From positions 4,305 through 68,304 of the forward strand of contig CAVOEB010000002.1 of assembly GCA_963694715.1 (NCBI GenBank): 64,000 nucleotides of DNA, in the 5' to 3' direction. A program made the translations under genes and the position numbers. The notes under the pieces are model-generated. The model made no database searches. It was given only the letters and a program-made list of their open reading frames with translations, and was not told where the DNA came from. The stretch is from Alphaproteobacteria bacterium. GTDB taxonomy: Bacteria; Pseudomonadota; Alphaproteobacteria; UBA828; JAPUJA01. Shown one piece after another: positions 40,006-49,661 of the stretch; the first letter of the stretch is position 1, and each line of letters starts with the position of its first letter.

Positions 40006-41382
40006 GTGACGAGGACAATCCGACAACGCGCCGGCCGGCTGGGCGGGGCGGTGGTGCTGGCAGCCATGGTCGTGGGCGTGGCAGCGCCCGCGAACGCGGA
40101 TTTCGCCGCCGGGTGGAGCGCAGCTCGCAGCGACGATCTTGAAACCGCGCACGACGAATGGCTGGTGCTCGCCAACCGGAGCGACGTCGACGTTCAGTAC
40201 AACATGGCCGTGCTCCACGAGCAGGGCGTCGACGGCGAGCCCGACCTGGTCATGGCCCGCGAGTGGTATCGTCGTGCCGCTGATCGGGGCTTCGCCCCCG
40301 CAGCCTTCCGGCTGGCCCAGTAATACAAATTGGGGCTGGACGGCGAAGCCGGCCTGTCGCGTATCATCGAATACACGGTCCGCGCCGCCCAGCGCGGTCA
40401 CGCCAAGGCCCAATTTGCGCTGGCGATCGCCTAAGAGCATGGCCAAGGCGTCCTGCAGGACTTTCACCGAAGCCGTCGATATTTGTACCGCCTGGCTGCC
40501 GGATAGGGCCTGATGGAAGCGCAGTACAACCTCGCGCACCTCTACGAATCAGGGCTCGGCGTGCCGAAAGACGTCGGTCAGGCGATCGGCTGGTATAGCG
40601 ACGCCGCCGAGCAAGGCTGTACCGATGCTCAGAATAACCTCGGCTATCTCTATGAGCATGGCGTCGGGGTCAAGCGTGATCCCTCGATCGCGGTGCGCTG
40701 GTACTGCCAGGCCGCCGAGCTGGGCCATGCTCTCGCCCAGGCCAATCTCGGTATCCTCTACAACTACGGCCAGGGCGTGAACCACGACTATCTGGCGGCC
40801 GCGCACTGGTATCACGAGGCGGCGGCCCAGGGCGAACCGCTCGCGCAGAACAATCTGGGCCTGATGTACGCCAACGGGCTAGGCGTCGAGAAAGACTTCG
40901 TCGAGTCCTACAAACGGTTCCATCTTGCCGCCCAGGGCGACGACGCCAAGGTGGCCAGCACCGCCGAAGACAACCGCCAGCGGCTGGCCGAAAACATCGG
41001 CCCCGAAACGCTCGCCTGGGCCCAGACCATTGCAGCCAACGCCGTGGGCCGCCAGATCGTCGAGCTGGCCGCCATCGCGCCGGCAGGCGGCGTCGAGCTG
41101 ATGCGCACCGCCGATTTCGGCCAACTCGTGGTAACCGTGCAGCGCCGCCTCGACCAGTTGGACTTCTTCAAAGGCGCGATCGACGGCTTGCTCGGGCCGC
41201 TGACCACCGAGGCCGTCATGGCCTATCAGAAGGCCCAGGACATGGAAGCGACCGGCGAGATCGACGAGACGCTCCTCGCCCGGCTGTTGGCCGAGCGCGA
41301 ACAGGGCCCTCGCCCGATTACTAGACTAAATATAGGGTTTTCTCCTGGTTCGGGGTCCAAAACAGGGCTGGATGTGCGGTGA
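40006..41382 (+). pseudogene. Sel1-repeat protein with C-terminal peptidoglycan-binding domain, interrupted by three in-frame stop codons
   Basis: Track ORFs 40006..40323 (signal peptide + Sel1) and 40513..41382 (Sel1 repeats + PG_binding_1-like LQRRLDQLDFFKGAIDGLLGPLTTEAVMAYQ) share a frame. The 190 nt between them continue the 36-aa Sel1 periodicity but contain TAA (40321), TAA (about 40436) and TAG (about 40504), plus an apparent compensated local frame slip near 40465-40500. Confidence 0.55.
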
Positions 41383-41488
41383 ATTTTAGGCCTATAGTGG
41401 CGTCTTATTGGGAATGCTCGGCTCGAACCTAATCAGGCGCGCGGGCATACGGGAGAACAACCAGCCAAGTTCAGAAAGTGAGCATAGA

Positions 41489-42907
41489 ATGACAGATCAA
41501 GCTGCGAGGAACGTCAGCCTCGAGCAGATGGACACGGACACTACGCTTCATGCGTATACCGCGCTCGACGAGCACCTGAAGAACGGACCCGAACGCATCA
41601 TCGCGAGCGGCAACGGAATTTACATCACCGATACCCAGGGCCGTACCTACATCGACTCCATGGCGTCGTTGTTCTGCGTCAACGTCGGCTATGGCCGTTC
41701 AGAGGTCGCCGACGCGATCTCCGAGCAGGCCCACAAGATGGCCTACTTCCATACCTTCTGCGGCAACGCCAACGAGCCCCAGATTTTGCTCGCCGACCGG
41801 CTGCTCAACGGCCTCCTGCCGCAGAACATGAGCAAGATCCTGTTTGCAAGTTCGGGCTCCGAAGCCAACGACGCGAACGTCAAGCTGGCCTGGAACTACC
41901 AGATTTTCCGGGGCAAGCCCAAGAAGCGCAAGATCATCGCCCGCGAGGGGGGCTATCATGGCGTAACCGTCATGGGGGCAAGCCTATCGGGCCTGCCGAT
42001 CATGCATCAGGCTTTTGGCCTGCCGCTGGATTGCGTGATCCATACGGATAAGCCGCATTACTTCTGGGGCGGCAATCCCGGCGAGTCGGAGTTGGATTAT
42101 TCCAAGCGCCTGGCCAAGAACCTCGACGAGCTGATCCAACGCGAAGATCCCGAGACCGTCTGTGCCTTCATCGCCGAGCCGGTGATGGGCGCGGCCGCTG
42201 CGGTCTGCCCTCCGGAAGGCTACTTCCAGGAGATCCAGAAGGTTCTCGACAAGCACGACGTGCTGTTCATCGCCGACGAGGTAATCACCGGCTTCGGTCG
42301 TCTGGGCGCCTGGTTTGGTTCCGAGCTCTACGGTATTGAACCCGATCTGATGACGCTCTCGAAGGGCATCACCAGCGCCTACATGCCGAGCTCGGCGTCG
42401 GTCGTCTCCAAGAAGGTGTGGGACGTGATCAGCGCGACTCATCCCGAGATGCCGATGTTCGCATCGGGATCGACTGCGGCGGGCCATCCGATCGCCTGCG
42501 CAGCCGCACTTGCCTGCCTCGACATCTATGAGAACGAAAATCTCATCAACAACGCCAAGGTGGTCGGCAAATACTTCAAGGACCAGCTGAACGAGCGCAT
42601 CGGCGATCACCCGCTGATGGGCGAAGTTCGGGGCGAGGGCCTGATGCTCGCAGTCGAGCTGGTGGCCGACAAGGACACCAAGGAAGTGCTCAATCTCGAG
42701 TGGGATTGCTCGCACCGCCTGTTTGATCTCTGCCTTGAGGAGATGCTGATCACGCGCGGCTTCTTCGGGCACAACTCGTCGTCGTTCGCGCCGCCGTTGA
42801 CCATCACCACGAGCGAGGTCGACGACATCATCGGTCGCTTCGAGAAAGGCCTGAACAAGCTGGCCGACGAGCTCGTTGCCGATGGCCGCTGGAAGCCGAA
42901 AAATTAG
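41489..42907 (+). CDS. Class III (omega) PLP aminotransferase, paralog 1
   Basis: Start MTDQAARNVSLEQMD. Fold-type I class III aminotransferase with PLP-lysine in the TLSKGITSAY region. About 60% identical to the paralog at 44144. Confidence 0.8.
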   Translation: MTDQAARNVSLEQMDTDTTLHAYTALDEHLKNGPERIIASGNGIYITDTQGRTYIDSMASLFCVNVGYGRSEVADAISEQAHKMAYFHTFCGNANEPQILLADRLLNGLLPQNMSKILFASSGSEANDANVKLAWNYQIFRGKPKKRKIIAREGGYHGVTVMGASLSGLPIMHQAFGLPLDCVIHTDKPHYFWGGNPGESELDYSKRLAKNLDELIQREDPETVCAFIAEPVMGAAAAVCPPEGYFQEIQKVLDKHDVLFIADEVITGFGRLGAWFGSELYGIEPDLMTLSKGITSAYMPSSASVVSKKVWDVISATHPEMPMFASGSTAAGHPIACAAALACLDIYENENLINNAKVVGKYFKDQLNERIGDHPLMGEVRGEGLMLAVELVADKDTKEVLNLEWDCSHRLFDLCLEEMLITRGFFGHNSSSFAPPLTITTSEVDDIIGRFEKGLNKLADELVADGRWKPKN

Positions 42908-42945
42908 AAACGCTTAAAGCCGCTCCGCCCATTCGGGCGGGAGGG

Positions 42946-42990
42946 TCGAAAATCAAGGCCGGTCCGGAAGCCCCGGGCCGGCTTATTTTT
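42946..42990. terminator. Hairpin plus T-run between convergent aminotransferase and folD
   Basis: GGCCGGTCCGGAAGCCCCGGGCCGGC followed by TTATTTTTT. Confidence 0.45.
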
Positions 42991-42999
42991 TAGCCGATG

Positions 43000-43923
43000 T
43001 CAGGGACGCTGCGCGGTGCCGGGAAGGACGGCGCCGGTCTGACCGAATTCGGATTCGTAATGGGCCCGCTGTCGCTGAGCGGCAATCACCGTGTTGCGCA
43101 TCAGGATTGATACCGTGACGGGGCCAACGCCGCCCGGCACGGGCGTGATCCATCCGGCCACCTCGCGGCAGGACTCGTAATCCACGTCGCCCACGGTGAT
43201 CAAGCGGCCATCTTCGTCCTCGATCCGGTTGATCCCGATATCGATTACGACAGCGCCCGGCTTGATCATCTCGGCCGTTATCATGCGCGGCTTGCCGACG
43301 GCGACGAACAGCGCGTCCGCCTGGCGTGAATGTACGGCGAGATTTCGTGTCATATGGTGACAGACGGTGACCGTAGCGCCTTCCGCCATGAGCAGAAAGG
43401 CAATCGGCTTGCCGACGATCTCGGAGTGCCCGACGATGACCGCGTCCAGTCCCTCCAACGCAACCCCCGTACGCCGGAGCATCTCGACCGACGCGGCGGC
43501 CGTACAAGGGGCGAGCTCAATCTCGTTGTAGACGATGTTACCGATCGAGGCTGGGTGCATGCCTTCGACGTCTTTAAGCGGATGCACCGCGCTTTGCAGC
43601 TCCTTGATGCTGAGCGGCTTGGGCACCGGACGCTGGACGATGATCCCCGTGACCCGGGGATCGACATTCAAGGTCGCAATTGCCGCTAGGATTTCACCGC
43701 GGGTCACGTCGGCCGGAAAATGACGTTCCTCGAAGGCGATACCCGCCGTCTCGGCGCGCCGGCGCTGATTGCGGACATAGACTTCGACCGGCGCCGTATC
43801 GCCGATGGTGATCGAGACAAGCCGCGATGGCCAGCCGGTAGAGACAAGGGCCTGGGCCGCGTCGCGCACCTGACCGAGGATTTCCTCGGATACGGCCTTA
43901 CCGTCAATGTCTTTGTGATGCAT
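43000..43923 (-). CDS. folD: Bifunctional methylene-THF dehydrogenase / methenyl-THF cyclohydrolase
   Basis: Start MHHKDIDGKAVSEEI at 43923. Motifs GKPIAFLL and PVPGGVGPVTVSIL. Confidence 0.9.
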   Translation of the reverse strand: MHHKDIDGKAVSEEILGQVRDAAQALVSTGWPSRLVSITIGDTAPVEVYVRNQRRRAETAGIAFEERHFPADVTRGEILAAIATLNVDPRVTGIIVQRPVPKPLSIKELQSAVHPLKDVEGMHPASIGNIVYNEIELAPCTAAASVEMLRRTGVALEGLDAVIVGHSEIVGKPIAFLLMAEGATVTVCHHMTRNLAVHSRQADALFVAVGKPRMITAEMIKPGAVVIDIGINRIEDEDGRLITVGDVDYESCREVAGWITPVPGGVGPVTVSILMRNTVIAAQRQRAHYESEFGQTGAVLPGTAQRP

Positions 43924-44143
43924 GCGTTCTCGTAGGGAATACAGTTTCTGCCCCGTCCGGGCGTACACACCATAAGTAATGGCGCCAACGAACTACCACT
44001 GTTTTAAATTCCATGGTAGAGACGATGGTACTGGTACCGCGCGCTAATTCACGCGATAGTCAGGGTAAGAGCTCCACTTTTTTCTACTGTCATGGCAGCG
44101 AAAGGTGATGGGCACGATTATTGCATATTTGGAGACCAAAACC

Positions 44144-45550
44144 ATGACGGCTCATATTGGACGCAACCTATCGTTGGAGGAGATGGACAAGCAGAGCCAC
44201 CTCCATCCTTATTCCTCTCTCGCCGACAATCTAGAGACCGGCCCGAAGGTGTGGAGCGGCGCCAAGGGCATCATGCTCACGGACACACAGGGCAACGAGT
44301 TCATCGACGGTATGGCCGGGTTGTGGTGTGTCAATATCGGCTACAGCCGCGATGAAATTGCCGATGCTGTCGCGGCCCAGATGAAGCAGATGAGCTATTA
44401 CCACAGCTTCGCGACCGCCTCGAACGAACCGGTCATTCGTCTTGCCGATCGCCTTCTGGGCCTATTGCCGGACAACATGAGCAAGATATTCTTCGGCAAT
44501 ACAGGATCGGATGCGAACGACACGAACGTTAAGTTCGTCTGGTATTACAGCAACCTGCGCGGCAAGCCCGAAAAGAAGAAGATCATTTCGCGCGAGCGCG
44601 GCTATCACGGCGTGACCATCGCCGCCTCCAGCCTCACCGGTCAGCCGTTGCTGCACAACGCGTTCGACCTGCCAATCAACAACATCATCCATACCCTGCC
44701 CAACCATTATTACCGCCAGGCCGAACCGGGTATGAGCGAGTTGGAGTTTTCCAAGCATCTCGCCGCCGAGCTCGACGCCTTGATCGAGCGCGAGGGCCCC
44801 GAGACCGTGGCCGCCTTCATCGCCGAGCCCGTGATGGGCGCGGGCGGAGTGATCACGCCGCCGGAGGGCTACTTCCCGGAAATCCAAAAAGTGCTCGATA
44901 AGCACGATGTGCTGATGATCGCCGACGAAGTCATCTGCGGCTTTGGGCGGTTGGGAAAATGGTTCGGCACCTACGCCTACGACATCAAGCCCGATATAAT
45001 AACCATGGCGAAGGGCCTGACCAGCGCATACATCCCGATGTCCGCGTCGGCCATATCCCAGCGGGTGTGGGACGTGCTCGTCGAAGGTTCGCCCAAGATT
45101 GGGCCGTTTGGCCACGGCTATACCTACGGCGCCCACCCGGTTGCCGCAGTCGCCGCGATGGCGAACCTCGACGTCATCGAACGCGAGAATCTGGTCGACA
45201 ACTCGGACAAGGTCGGCGGCTATATGCAGGAACGGCTCCGGGCCCGCCTGGCGGATCATCCGTTGGTCGGTGAGATCCGCGGCCGCGCCCTGATTGCTGC
45301 GGTCGAGCTGGTCAAGAACAAGGCGACCAAGGAGGAATTCGACCTCGGTCTCAAGGTCGGCCCCCAGATGATCGCCGCCTGCATGGACGAAGGCCTCGTT
45401 ATCCGCTCGCTGATGGGGACGAATTCCACGGCCTTTTCGCCGCCGCTCGTCGTCAACGAATCGGATATCGACGAAGTCCTGGACCGCTACAGCCGCGCCC
45501 TCGACAAGGTGGCCGGCGACCTCAAGAAGGACGGTCACTGGAACGGCTGA
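44144..45550 (+). CDS. Class III (omega) PLP aminotransferase, paralog 2
   Basis: Start MTAHIGRNLSLEEMD, chosen by alignment to paralog 1. PLP-lysine in TMAKGLTSAY. Confidence 0.8.
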   Translation: MTAHIGRNLSLEEMDKQSHLHPYSSLADNLETGPKVWSGAKGIMLTDTQGNEFIDGMAGLWCVNIGYSRDEIADAVAAQMKQMSYYHSFATASNEPVIRLADRLLGLLPDNMSKIFFGNTGSDANDTNVKFVWYYSNLRGKPEKKKIISRERGYHGVTIAASSLTGQPLLHNAFDLPINNIIHTLPNHYYRQAEPGMSELEFSKHLAAELDALIEREGPETVAAFIAEPVMGAGGVITPPEGYFPEIQKVLDKHDVLMIADEVICGFGRLGKWFGTYAYDIKPDIITMAKGLTSAYIPMSASAISQRVWDVLVEGSPKIGPFGHGYTYGAHPVAAVAAMANLDVIERENLVDNSDKVGGYMQERLRARLADHPLVGEIRGRALIAAVELVKNKATKEEFDLGLKVGPQMIAACMDEGLVIRSLMGTNSTAFSPPLVVNESDIDEVLDRYSRALDKVAGDLKKDGHWNG

Positions 45551-45568
45551 CGCAATACCAACACGCGA

Positions 45569-45598
45569 TTCCAAGGCCCGCCTTACGGCGGGCCTATT
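45569..45598 (+). terminator. Rho-independent terminator after aminotransferase paralog 2
   Basis: AGGCCCGCC-ttac-GGCGGGCCT followed by ATTTTTTA. Confidence 0.55.
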
Positions 45599-45710
45599 TT
45601 TTACGACTTCGCCCAAGGGACATCCGAATTTCCAGAGAATTCATCGCGTCCCAGCCCTTCGCTCCGATAGTCTCATTGAAGTTGGACTCGCCGAAAGAGG
45701 CCGCGATCAG

Positions 45711-46598
45711 ATGTCCGAGCGAGAGGGAGGCTCCACCGTGACAGCGGTAGTGAATAGTTTTCTTCACGAGCGTACCTACACCATCACCCACTTGGTCTCA
45801 GACCCAGATACGGGCCGCGCCCTCATCATCGATTCGGTGCTCGATTTCGATTCGCGCGCGCTGCGAACCACGACCGAAGCCGCCGACCGGATCATCGCCC
45901 ATGTCGGAGAATGCGGGCTAAACGTGGACTGGATTCTCGAGACCCACGTCCACGCCGACCACATGAGCGCGGCGCCCTATCTGCGAGAGGCACTCGGAGG
46001 ACAAACGGCCATCGGCGAGCATGTCCGTGAGGTCCAGAATACCTTTGCCGGGCTGTACAACGCCGGACCCGAGCTTGCGACCGACGGATCGCAATTCGAC
46101 CATCTTCTGGCGGACGGCGAGAAACTGGCGATCGGGAATCTCGAACTCGAGGTCATGAGTACCCCAGGTCATACGCCGGCCTGCGCGAGCTATCGGGTCG
46201 GCGACGCGCTGTTCGTCGGCGATACGATCTTGATGGAGGATTTCGGCACCGCGCGCTGTGACTTTCCGGGCGGCGATGCGCGCACCCTCTATCAGTCGAT
46301 CCAGCGCCTGCTCAGCCTGCCCGAGGAGACGCGGATGTTTCTATGCCACGACTACGGGCCGAACGGGCGGGCCATCGCGTGGGAGACCACGGTCGGCGCC
46401 CAGCGCCGCGGGAATATCCATGTCAAGGAAGGCATCTCGGAAGACGAGTTTTCCGCCAAGCGCGAGGCGCGTGACGCCAAGCTGGAGTTACCGGAGCTGC
46501 TTTTTCAATCGGTTCAGGTCAACATGCGCGCGGGCCAGCTGCCGCCGTCTGAATCGAACGGCGTGACTTACCTGAAGATACCGATCAACGCGCTTTAA
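45711..46598 (+). CDS. MBL-fold metallo-hydrolase (glyoxalase-II / persulfide-dioxygenase-like)
   Basis: THVHADH and TPGHT motifs. 295 aa. Confidence 0.75.
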   Translation: MSEREGGSTVTAVVNSFLHERTYTITHLVSDPDTGRALIIDSVLDFDSRALRTTTEAADRIIAHVGECGLNVDWILETHVHADHMSAAPYLREALGGQTAIGEHVREVQNTFAGLYNAGPELATDGSQFDHLLADGEKLAIGNLELEVMSTPGHTPACASYRVGDALFVGDTILMEDFGTARCDFPGGDARTLYQSIQRLLSLPEETRMFLCHDYGPNGRAIAWETTVGAQRRGNIHVKEGISEDEFSAKREARDAKLELPELLFQSVQVNMRAGQLPPSESNGVTYLKIPINAL

Positions 46599-46614
46599 AC
46601 CCCAGACAAACGAA

Positions 46615-46643
46615 ACGGGGCCCGGCATCAAGCCGGGCCCCGT
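46615..46643 (-). terminator. Terminator hairpin downstream of groEL
   Basis: ACGGGGCCCGGC-ttgat-GCCGGGCCCCGT followed on the minus strand by TTCGTTTGTCTGG. Confidence 0.5.
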
Positions 46644-46675
46644 CACATCTCAGGCTAGCGAGGTTGGAGGTAGGA

Positions 46676-48415
46676 TTACATCCCCATTCCGCCCATTCCG
46701 CCCATTCCGCCCATTCCGCCCATTCCGCCCATTCCGCCCATTCCGCCCATTCCGCCCATTCCACCCGGGGGACCAGCACCGGGTCCACGGCCCATCGGCG
46801 GCGCTGCCGGCGGCTCCTTGGGCACATCGGGCGATTCCGTAATCATCGCCTCGGTGGTGAGCATGCGGGCGGCAACCGAGGCTGCATCTTCCAGCGCGCA
46901 GCGGACCACCTTGGTTGGGTCGATGATGCCGGCCTTGAAGAGATCCTCGTAGGTACCGGTTTCGGCGTTGAAGCCGATCGCCGGGTCCTTAGCGTCCATG
47001 CACTTCTGCACCACGACCCAGCCGTGCTCGCCCGCGTTTTCTGCGATCTGGCGTATCGGTTCCTGGAGAGCCTCGCGGACGATGTTGGCCCCGACGCGCT
47101 GGTCAGAATTTGGAAGCTCTATCTTGTCGAGAGCCTTGCGCGCTCGCAGCAATGCCAGGCCGCCGCCCGACACAACTCCCTCGGCAATCGCCGCACGGGT
47201 CGCGTTGAGCGAGTCGTTGACCCGATCCTTGCGTTCACGAACCTCGGTCTCCGTCGTGCCGCCGACACTGATGACTGCGACGCCCGAGGACAGTCGCGCG
47301 AGCCGCTCGTTGAGCTTCTCGTAATCGTAGGACGCTTTGGTGACCTCCATGGTCTTGCGGATTTCCTCGCACCGCTTCTTGAGATCTGCCTTCTTGCCTT
47401 TGCCGCCGATGATGGCGCAGTCGTCCTTGCGCACGACCACCTTGTCGACCCGGCCCAGCATGTCGAGGGTGACGTTTTCCAGCTTTTCGCCAGCGTCCGC
47501 ACTAACGTAATGAGCACCGGTGAGGATCGCGATGTCACGGAGCGATTCCTTGCGCCGGTCACCGAAACCCGCCCCCTTGACCGCAACGCACTTTAGGCCG
47601 CCCTGGACCTTGTTGGTCACCAGCGTCGCCAGGGCCTTGCCCTCAACGTCCTCGGCCACGATAAGGAGCGGCTTCTTGGCCTTGATGACGAGCTCGAGCA
47701 GTGGCACGAGAGCCGGAATCGCGTCGATCTTGGCTTCGAAGCACAGGACTAGCGCGTTGTTGTACTCACAGACCATCTGCTTGGGATCGGTGACGAAATG
47801 CGATGACAAATAGCCGCGATCCCATTTCATGCCCTCGGTCAGCTTGATTTCGGTCGTAAGGGACTTGCCCTCGTCGACACTAACGAGACCGTCGGTGCCC
47901 ACCGTCGTCATCGCCTCGGCGATCCACTCGCCAACCTCGCTATCGTTGTTGGCCGCAATGGTCGCAACCCGCGCGATCTCGTCGCGTTTTCCGATGGTGC
48001 GGCTCTGCTTCTTGAGCTCGTTGGCCACGGCCTTGGTCGCCGCGTCGATCCCCCGCTCGAGATCGATCGGGTTCATCCCGGCCGCCACGGCCTTGATCCC
48101 CTCACGCGCGATGCAGTGGCTAATCACCGTCGCCGTCGTGGTGCCATCGCCCGCCACATCGTTGGTACGCATCGCGACATCGCGAATCAGGCGCGCGCCC
48201 ATATTCTCGAACTTGTCTTCGAGCTCGACTTCCTTGGCGACGGTCACACCGTCCTTGGTGACCCGCATGCCCATGCTGAACGACTTAGTCAGCAGCACAT
48301 TACGCCCCTTCGGGCCGAGCGTTATCGCCACCGCCCTGTTCAGGATCTCGACCCCTCGAATCATGCGCTCACGGGCCTCCGCGGAAAACACGATATCCTT
48401 CCAGGATTCGGCCAT
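46676..48415 (-). CDS. groL: Chaperonin GroEL (divergent paralog with (GGM)9 tail)
   Basis: Start MAESWKDIVFSAEARERMIRGVEIL at 48415. GDGTTTATV and the equatorial/apical domain pattern. Only about 50% identical to canonical GroEL by eye. Confidence 0.85.
   Translation of the reverse strand: MAESWKDIVFSAEARERMIRGVEILNRAVAITLGPKGRNVLLTKSFSMGMRVTKDGVTVAKEVELEDKFENMGARLIRDVAMRTNDVAGDGTTTATVISHCIAREGIKAVAAGMNPIDLERGIDAATKAVANELKKQSRTIGKRDEIARVATIAANNDSEVGEWIAEAMTTVGTDGLVSVDEGKSLTTEIKLTEGMKWDRGYLSSHFVTDPKQMVCEYNNALVLCFEAKIDAIPALVPLLELVIKAKKPLLIVAEDVEGKALATLVTNKVQGGLKCVAVKGAGFGDRRKESLRDIAILTGAHYVSADAGEKLENVTLDMLGRVDKVVVRKDDCAIIGGKGKKADLKKRCEEIRKTMEVTKASYDYEKLNERLARLSSGVAVISVGGTTETEVRERKDRVNDSLNATRAAIAEGVVSGGGLALLRARKALDKIELPNSDQRVGANIVREALQEPIRQIAENAGEHGWVVVQKCMDAKDPAIGFNAETGTYEDLFKAGIIDPTKVVRCALEDAASVAARMLTTEAMITESPDVPKEPPAAPPMGRGPGAGPPGGMGGMGGMGGMGGMGGMGGMGGMGGMGM
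46685..46765 (-). repeat. Nine tandem copies of a 9-nt unit (CATTCCGCC on the plus strand) encoding the (GGM)n C-terminal tail of GroEL
   Basis: Eight perfect and one imperfect unit, read directly from the sequence. Confidence 0.9.
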
Positions 48416-48452
48416 CGGATTCTCTCTCCCTTGGTTTCGGGGCAGCCCGGCG

Positions 48453-48740
48453 TCAGGCGACCACCGCAAGAATGTCGTTTTCGCGTACGATCAGCATATC
48501 CTTGCCATCGAGCTTGACCTCGGTGCCCGAATATTTTCCGTAGAGCACGCGGTCGCCAGATTTAACCGTCAGTTTGATCAGCTTGCCGTTCTCGTCGCGC
48601 ACGCCCGAACCGACGGACACAACCTTGCCCTCGCTGGGCTTTTCCTGCGCCGTATCGGGAATAATGATGCCACCGGCGGTCTTTTCCTCGCTCTCAAGCG
48701 GCTTAATTAGCACGCGATCATGAAGAGGTCTGAATTTCAT
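48453..48740 (-). CDS. groS: Co-chaperonin GroES
   Basis: [35 protein letters not shown]…. Confidence 0.9.
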   Translation of the reverse strand: MKFRPLHDRVLIKPLESEEKTAGGIIIPDTAQEKPSEGKVVSVGSGVRDENGKLIKLTVKSGDRVLYGKYSGTEVKLDGKDMLIVRENDILAVVA

Positions 48741-48812
48741 TGGTCACTCCCACCCTTCGAACGCCCCGGTTGGGGCAGAAATCCTTGAAAACTAGAGCTT
48801 TTCCCTAGTTTG

Positions 48813-48839
48813 TTAGCACTCGTTGCTTGTGAGTGCCAG
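48813..48839. promoter_or_regulatory. CIRCE element (HrcA operator) in the groES leader
   Basis: TTAGCACTC-gttgcttgt-GAGTGCCAG. Perfect left arm, 9-nt spacer, right arm 2 mismatches from GAGTGCTAA. Confidence 0.6.
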
Positions 48840-48840
48840 A

Positions 48841-48869
48841 TATGTAGGAGAATGCGCGCCGCCTGTCAA
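48841..48869 (-). promoter_or_regulatory. Sigma70-like promoter of groES-groEL
   Basis: Minus strand TTGACA-N17-TACATA immediately upstream of the CIRCE element. Confidence 0.45.
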
Positions 48870-48973
48870 GAACACACCCTGTTAATCGCCGGCAATCTTA
48901 GCGTTAACAGCCGGCTAGCCATTTCAAGCGAAGCTCATTTCCACTCAGAATTCAAGCGAAGATGGTCCTTGCG

Positions 48974-49648
48974 ATGTCCTTGCTGACGGTACGCGACGTG
49001 CTTAGCCATGACGAAGTGCGTGAGATTACCGACCGGCTGGCCGCCGGCGAATTCATCGATGGTTCCCTCACGACCCGAAACGCGCCCGCCACTCTCAAGC
49101 TCAATCAGGAGCTCCAGGCCGACGACACCCGCAAGCAGCTTGCGACCTCGGCAATCGACGCGCTCAACCGCAGCGATGCGATCCGCACCCACGCCTATCC
49201 CAACAGGTTTTCCTGCCCCATCTTCAGCCGCTACCAGGAAGGCGTGTATTACGGCTATCACACGGACGGCGCGATCCCGAACTGGGGTCATCCCAACGCG
49301 GTACGCAGCGACTTGTCGTGCACCGTATCTCTTAGCGAACCGGATAGCTACGACGGCGGCAAACTGACCATTCATGCCGGCTCCGAGCCGATTCAGCTCA
49401 AGATTCCCGCGGGCAGCGCCGCGATTTATCCGACCCCGAACCTGCACCGGGTCGAGACCGTGACCCGCGGCGAGCGGCTGGCCGCCGTGCTCTGGGTGCA
49501 TAGCTATGTGCGCGATCCGGCCCGTCGCGACATCCTCGCCAAATGCAACGACCTGGTCGAACGTCCGGGCGCAAAGGACATGAACGACGAGGCGACCCTC
49601 GAATCGAACGTTCTGCACGATCTGTTGCGCCAGTGGGCGGAGACTTGA
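48974..49648 (+). CDS. PKHD-type Fe(II)/2-oxoglutarate-dependent hydroxylase (PiuC/YbiX family)
   Basis: Start MSLLTVRDVLS. HxD…H facial triad pattern (HTDG…H) and 2OG-binding R near the C-terminus. Confidence 0.75.
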   Translation: MSLLTVRDVLSHDEVREITDRLAAGEFIDGSLTTRNAPATLKLNQELQADDTRKQLATSAIDALNRSDAIRTHAYPNRFSCPIFSRYQEGVYYGYHTDGAIPNWGHPNAVRSDLSCTVSLSEPDSYDGGKLTIHAGSEPIQLKIPAGSAAIYPTPNLHRVETVTRGERLAAVLWVHSYVRDPARRDILAKCNDLVERPGAKDMNDEATLESNVLHDLLRQWAET

Positions 49649-49661
49649 GCGCCGGGACGCA

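Noticed and set aside
46685-46765. Nine 9-nt tandem repeats considered as a possible CRISPR or minisatellite element
   Set aside because: Units are contiguous with no spacers and lie inside the groEL reading frame, encoding the GGM tail. Not a CRISPR array.
46664-48710. Plus-strand ORFs 46664..47596 and 47829..48710
   Set aside because: Antisense to groEL. The HSAHSAHSAH translation is simply the other strand of the GGM repeat.
48784-48810. Sigma-32-like CTTGAAA-N13-CCCTAG motif near groES
   Set aside because: It is on the plus strand and points away from groES-groEL. A sigma70-like promoter in the correct orientation exists at 48841-48869.
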